Shown here one piece after another: positions 50,001 through 55,811 of a stretch of 55,811 nucleotides of DNA. How positions within the stretch are numbered: the first letter of the stretch is position 1; the number at the start of each line of letters is the position of its first letter. Made by a program: the position numbers and the translations under genes. The DNA is from Prorocentrum cordatum (Eukaryota): positions 62,001 to 117,811 of the forward strand of contig CAUYUJ010000130.1 of the NCBI GenBank assembly GCA_963575745.1, written 5' to 3'. The notes under the pieces are model-generated. The model was not told the DNA's origin and ran no database searches. It was given only the letters and a program-made list of their open reading frames with translations.

Positions 50001-52616
50001 TCGGGCCACCGTGACCTCGGCGTCGACGCCACGGCCGGCAGCCACAGGCGAGTCGCGACTCAGGTCGGTAGAGAGCTCGCGGCGCTGCGGCAGGCCAGCA
50101 GGCTCCACAAGATCTTCGGGCCTGGCCTTCGGCAGGCAAGGGTCTTGCGCGCGGGCCCCTCAGCCAAAGCCCTATGGGGTTCGGCCTGCAACGGCATCCC
50201 GCCTGGCCGCACGAGAGCCCTGAGGCTGGCAGCGGCCAAGGCGACGGGCAAACTGGCTCCTGGGGCTGCGCTGGGCTTCCTGCTGCAGTGCTCGCCGCGA
50301 GGCTGGCGCCGGGACCCGCTAGTGGTGGCCACGGGCTTGGCCGTCCTAGCGTACACCAATGTCCGCTGGGCAGGCCAGGCCTCCGCGGCGGCGATCCAGG
50401 CCTGCATAGCGGAGAGCGCCAGGATCGTGAGGCTCCAGCGCCCTTGGGCTGCCGTCAGGGACCCGATCTCGGCCTTGGTGCTCACGCTGCAGGTCATCGG
50501 CTGGGGCCTCAGCGACGACGGCGACTCCCTGCAGGACGAGTTCGGCTGCTGCTACTCCGTCCTTCGGTACTCCCCCGCCTTCCTTGCGGAGAAGGCCAAG
50601 GAGGCGGCCAGGAAGGCGGCAGCCTTCCAGGAGTACGACGCCAGGCCTTATACCCTGTGGCCGTGGCAGCTGCCGCCAAACTGGCGGGCCATCAACCAGC
50701 TCCTCGGCGCCGCGCCCACGGAGACGTGGTCCAGCCACCACTGTGGCTGCCTGCGCAGGCTGGCGTCTCTGTCACTATGGCCGCAGGCCAGGCTGGCCAA
50801 GCGTGGCACCGACATCGACGACCGCTGCCTGCTCTGCGGCGAGGAGAGCGGGACTCTGGCCCACCGCCACCACAGATGCCCTGCCTGGGAGGGCTGGCGG
50901 CGAGATCGCAGGCCCGCCGACTTGAAGCGAGCTGCCGAGCTGGTGAGCACAATGGGCCACCGCTACGAGGAGCTCTTCTGCCAGGGCCTCTTCGTTGACG
51001 CCCAGTACCTGGTGCAGAGGCCGCGCTGGGGCCCTCGCTGGGAGCGCCGCTCGCGTGGCTGGGACGAGGGCGCGCTCGTGGTGCCCGCGGGCTCCCTCGT
51101 CTTCACGGACGGCTCCTGCGTCAACAACGGCTTCCCGATGGTCAGGAGCGCGGGCTGGGCAGTGGTGGTTCTCGCGCCCGACGGCGAGTGGTTGGCGCAG
51201 GCGTGGGGGGCAGTGCCGCCTGCCCTTTTGCCCAGCCAGACGGCGAGGGCAGGCGAGGACTACGCGGCGGTGGTCGCCCTCACCGACATCGTCGGCCACT
51301 ACCACCTCATGATCGATTGCCTCGGCACGGTCGGGGCTTGCAAGGACGTGAAGAGGGCGGCGGCCCCGACGGCCCAGTTTGCCCACCTCTGGGCGAGGGC
51401 CGGCGACGCCGCCGAGGGGGTGCACGTGAAGCACATCCCCGCCCACCGTTCTCGGGCGGCAGTCGAGCAGGGCGTACTCTCGGAGGTGGAGCTCTACGGC
51501 AACCGCCTCGCGGACCAGCTCGCGAAGGCGGGCGCGGCGCTGCGCGCCATCGCCGACGAGGAGGCCCTCCTGCTCCAGGGCTGCCTGGCCCGCGCCCGTG
51601 ACGCGGCGCGGTACGCCGCCGAGTTCGAGGTCCAGGCTACGGAGTCGGGCTTGCGCGACTCCTGGCCCATCAGTTCGCTGGAGCTCGTCGACCTCACCCC
51701 CTACATGGCGGCGGAGCTCGACGGCGAGACCGACTTCCTGCACGCCGCCGCGGCGGAGCCCGCCCCTGGGACAGGTGGATTCAGCCCACCGACGTCGCAG
51801 TCCCAGGGGCGCGGCGAGCTCGAGGTGATGCACGACGCGGAGGTGCGCGGGGCTGCCGCTTCAGCGACTGGCTTCTCGAAGGAGCCCGACGCCGAGCCTG
51901 GCGATGACGTCGGCGTAGCGCAGCCCTCGGCGGCTGACGGCGGCCCCCGCCTCGCCACGGCGGCGGCCCTGGCAGCGGCGGCGGCAGCGGGCGCCTCCAG
52001 CTCGCGGCCTTCGCCCGCGAGGCGCCGCCCCGCCTCGGCCGAGTCGCCCGCGGAGGTGCTGCGCCGTGTAGCCCAGCGCAGGGCGCAGGAGCATCCGAGG
52101 CGCCGCGAGGCCTCGGCGCCCGCGCCCAGCCCGCGCCTGGCGGCGGCGGAGGCGACGAGCAGCGGCCCAGCCCCTGCGGAGGCGGCAGATGCGACCCGTC
52201 CAGCGGGATGGAGGGTCAACGGCCACCTCCTCATGGAGTCGCGCGTCGAGGGCGACGTTTCCGAGCCCTTCCTGGTCTGCGCGGCCTGCTGGATGTACTG
52301 CCGCCTCCCCAGGTACGCGCACCGCGGCCTGGGCAAGCCGTGCGGGGCCAGCGCGGCGGCGGGGCAGCCCAAAAGCAAGAAGGGATCCAGAGCCCAGGCG
52401 CGGTCGGACTTCGCACGTGGGATCCTGCCAGCGTCGAAGGAGCCGATCGCGCCGCTGGCCTCGCCAACGGCAAGCACGCGCCTGCGCTGGGCGGCGGCGC
52501 TCCAGGCCTGGCAGGGCCACGGCTCGGAGGTGCAGGCGACCGAGGCGGCGCCCGCGCCAGCGCTGCGGCAGCCTGCTGCAGCCCCGCCCCACGCCGCCTG
52601 CGGCTGGCGCTGGTAG
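46933..52616 (+). pseudogene. LINE-C ORF2 polyprotein (APE, RT, RNase H, Cys/His motifs) with one 2-bp frameshift at 48040-48041
   Basis: APE: FVTLNG, ILVQET, SAGVG, VSAYL, GAD[ac]WN, INDFF, NPH. RT: GRRPIG, FDISKFYE, IIAGCSCA, VIDD, DLGVD. Zinc: CLLC..HRHHRC. RNase H: FTDGS, GED, IDC, IPAH, GNRLADQLAK. The start codon is uncertain. Confidence 0.92.
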
Positions 52617-53095
52617 CCTGATGGCTGCGCCGCCGAGCGCCACGGCGCCGCGGCGCCTGGCAGCGGCGGCCCCGCGGGCGGAGGCAGCCGAGCCGCGGCG
52701 GATCCGCCCAGGGCTCGAGGGCGCCCTCCGAGCCCACGGCTTCGCGGACGCTGCGGCGGCCCGCGAACGCGGGCGAGCCGCGAGGGCGGCGGCCGTCCCG
52801 CCTGCTTGAATTTGTTTGCAAGAAACCGTGGACCTTTGTCCGCGCCCACAGAGTTAAAAAATAAAAAAATGCCCTCACCGCTGTCGCTCTGGATCAGGCC
52901 GTGCTGAGGTCAAGCACACGGGAATCTGCTTCTTCTCTTTCTTTATCATTAAGATGTTGATTCTTCCTCTTTTCGTTCGTTGTCGTCGTGTGTGCGCAAT
53001 GAAGTCTGCTTTCGCAGACCAGCGGCGATAACATGCCCTCACCGCATTGGGGCGGAGGAAAGGGAGGAGGAGGCCGGAGGAGAGGAGGAGGAGGA

Positions 53096-55010
53096 GGAGT
53101 GGAGTGGAGTGGAGTGGAGTGGACTCCGCTGCGCAGCAGGTTCGGGTCTTAGGAAGGCCTGGACAAACGAGCATTCGAACGCCGAGCTTGTTCAGCTCGG
53201 CTCAGAACTTTGGGATGCAACCCCCTAGCAATTCTGTCAAGGTACTCTTGCCCCGTGGCGGACTTCCTCTTACTACAAGGGCCTTTAAGAGATCGCAGAA
53301 CCTTATCCGCGGTGCCCCCACACTCGGTGCAGAACCAAACCTGAAGGGTCGGGTGAACATTCAGGGTATGCGTAGTGTGGGCCCAACCCCCCGCGATGTG
53401 GACTCGCGACCCCTTTAACGGCGAAAACAGGACCCCATCGACATTGTACAGCCTAGGACATTCAGATTCGACGAATTCCTGGGTGGTGGCGAGGGTCGCA
53501 GAACCAAAACAAGAGAGGCAACGTCGGCCGCAATCGGCCAGACGGTGCCTGGAAACGAGGGCAGCAACAGTGGCAGCAGCGGGATGCGGAGGAGGAGGAG
53601 GGGCGGGGGGAGGCGGGGCCTCAGAGGGGCTCCCAGGGCCTCGGGCGGCGTCCCTTTCCATTCTCTCAGTCTCCTGGCTGGCCGCAATGCTGTCCAGCGT
53701 GGCTCGGAGGAGCCTCATGCGGACGAGGTACGCCCTCCGCTCGGCCAGCAGGATGGGTTGGCGGACCTCGGCGGGCAGCCTGGCTCTGGCCGCTGCACAG
53801 CCCGCGAACTCGTCGGCGAGCAGGTTGCCTATGACGAGGTACCTGTTCACCTTCTGGGCAGCGACATCCTGGGCCGTGCTGTGGGACGGCGTCCAGAGCA
53901 CCGTCACCTCGGCGTGGCGGCGTGAGCTCATCAGGTCCCCGATGAGCTTCCATAGGTCGGCGTCCTCACCTGCTGGGTTCGTGTAGGCTTGGGAGTACCA
54001 GCCCGCCGCCACATATTCACAGTCCGTCACGTAGGTGAGAAACCTAGTGGTGCACCAGAGGGCGAGGTACAGGGAGTAGAGCTCTCCCCTCGCCACGACT
54101 TGGCGTGGGCCACCCAGCTGGCCGAATACTGCACCATGTAGGTTGATCTCGGGCAGTAGGCTGGCTACGCACACTATGGCGACTCCAATCCTCATGAAAT
54201 CGCTGATGCTCGCATCTGGCCCTCCACTGGCGTCCCCGAAGATCTCGACTGGAGACTCAGCACTCCCCGCCCCGAAGATCCCTTCGGACAACTCGTTGAT
54301 GCCCGTGAACTCAAGGACCGTGTCCTTCGGTGGGGGCGGGGTCTGGGTCCACTGGGTCGGTAGCAGTCCACGTAGCCAGAAGCACTCGGTGGCGTCCGTC
54401 TGAGCCATCGCAGCTGGAACCAACGACTCTGAGCGTTCATATGGCGCGGCCTGCACGTTCTTGCTACACTGCCAGAATCTGTGTTTGGCCGTCTCTGGTG
54501 CCTCTCGGCAGCGGTCACACAAGTTGCTGCCCTTATAGCCCTTCAATTCATCATATCGCCTCTGTCGCGTCCAGTATCCACCTGTGGCAATATTGATCAA
54601 CAGCTCAGTGAGACGCACACCGTGTGGGAGTTGCCCGACTTGTTTGATCAGCACCCGAAATGACCGATTGTCAACTCCCTGCTCGACTCCACCTCCGCAA
54701 TAGTGCTTGGCAGCCGCGGTCCATACCACCTGGGCCGCCGACTGACGTACATCCTTCAACAGCTCACGGTGTGTGTGTCGAGAAACTTATTGCCCGTGTA
54801 TATGGTGTCTGGAAATTGCCATTCCTCCGACCCCGTGGGTGTAGTGTACGACCACGTGTCCACATCCTCAGGGTTCCACTTGATGCGGAGGAGGGTGAGG
54901 ATTACTGCGGATACTGGGCCACGAACTGCACGCACCTGATGTTGGGGATCCAACTGGGATAGGTGGTCTCGGACATGATGCCATACTTGTCGTACTCGCT
55001 GGCGCAAACA
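53096..55010 (-). mobile_element. 5'-truncated LINE (LINE-D) with RNase H and an (ACTCC)n tail, inserted in a (TCC)n tract
   Basis: (GGAGT)5 at 53096-53120 and GGA repeats on both flanks. VRGPVSAVILTL is homologous to LINE-C VRDPISALVLTL. Confidence 0.88.
53149..55010 (-). pseudogene. LINE-D ORF2 C-terminal part (CCHC-like finger, RNase H, two Cys motifs), frameshift near 54760
   Basis: CDRC..ETAKHRFWQC, IFGDASG, RGEL, VTDC, DLW, WTPSH, GNLLADEFA and WFCTECG. Confidence 0.88.
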
Positions 55011-55386
55011 GGAGGAGGAGGAGGAGGAGGAGGAGGAGGAGGAGGAGGAGGAGGGGGAGGGGAGGAGGAGAAGGAGGAGGAGGAGGAGGAGGAGGAGGGA
55101 GAAGGAGGAGGAGGGGGAGGAGGACAAGCTAGGTGCGCTCGCGTCATATCTGACTTTTATCCCGTTCCCCCTCCCCTTACCATGGCGTAGACCTCCTCTC
55201 TATTCGCACAATCGGATGTCGTAGCATGGCGTAGCATTACATGGCATAGCATGGTGTTGAAGATCAACGCGTAGCATGACATAGCATGGCGTGGCGACGC
55301 CTCAAAGTGGGGGGGCTTCTGCGACCCCCAACATCAAGAATCGGCACCGAATGTGTAATCACTTCCGATGGTTTCTTCGGAGGCCA

Positions 55387-55811
55387 TTTTTACCTAACAG
55401 CGAAGACTGATAGGTTTCTAGTAGTGTCAAAAGAGAGCATCTTGACTCCCCAGGGGGGTCTGGACGGGTGCCGGGGAGAACCCGCGGAAGTCGTTTTTTG
55501 GCAAACAGTTACACACTTCGTGGTCTTCGAGGTCCCAGAACCCCATTCCCGGGCCACATTCTGAATGCCCGGAGCCAACTGTAGGCCAACTTCGTGGTCT
55601 TCGAGTCCCCAGAACTCCATTCCCGGGCCACATTTTGAATGCCCGGAGCCAACTGTAGGCCACTTCGTGGTCTTCGATTCCCCAGAACTCCATTCCCGGG
55701 CCACATTTTGAATGCCCGGAGCCAACTGTAGGCCACTTCGTGCTCTTCGAGTTCCCAGAACTCCATTCCCGGGCCACATTTTGAATGCCCGTAGACAACT
55801 GTAGGCAACTT
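55387..55811 (+). repeat. Second copy of the head plus 73-bp satellite repeat; runs off the window end
   Basis: TTTTACCTAACAGCGAAGACTGATAGGTTTCTA is identical to ~2005-2037 and is followed by the same satellite. Confidence 0.9.

Larger units (their letters stand above)
45602..52869 (+). mobile_element. Full-length, near-intact non-LTR retrotransposon (LINE-C), 7.27 kb, SL-headed
   Basis: T+DinoSL, 5' UTR, ORF1, ORF2 (APE-RT-RNase H-Zn), 3' UTR, tail TTAAAAAATAAAAAAA, and a 13-bp TSD. Confidence 0.95.

Overview
This is GC-rich eukaryotic nuclear DNA, almost certainly from a dinoflagellate: it contains two perfect 22-nt dinoflagellate spliced leaders (DinoSL), GC-AG introns, and PPR and Cys-rich retro-fragments. 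A Prorocentrum-like source is an inference from base composition and repeat style. Most of the window is microsatellite/low-complexity DNA, MITEs and four non-LTR retrotransposons, and most ORFs in the supplied track are spurious. The only recognisable host gene is a Rab-family GTPase, seen as tiny exons (8466-8522, 18555-18611, probably 23931-23945) separated by 5-10 kb TE-filled introns. The most striking structure is at 44424-53044: a head-to-tail stack of retroposed units separated by the same target motif (A)ATGCCCTCACCG. It holds a 1.15-kb protein-coding non-autonomous unit and a 7.3-kb near-intact APE-RT-RNase H LINE. Both begin with a complete DinoSL, and both end in a covarying 7-bp stem/4-nt loop plus poly(A). 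This looks like a site-specific, spliced-leader-capped LINE with a partner element.
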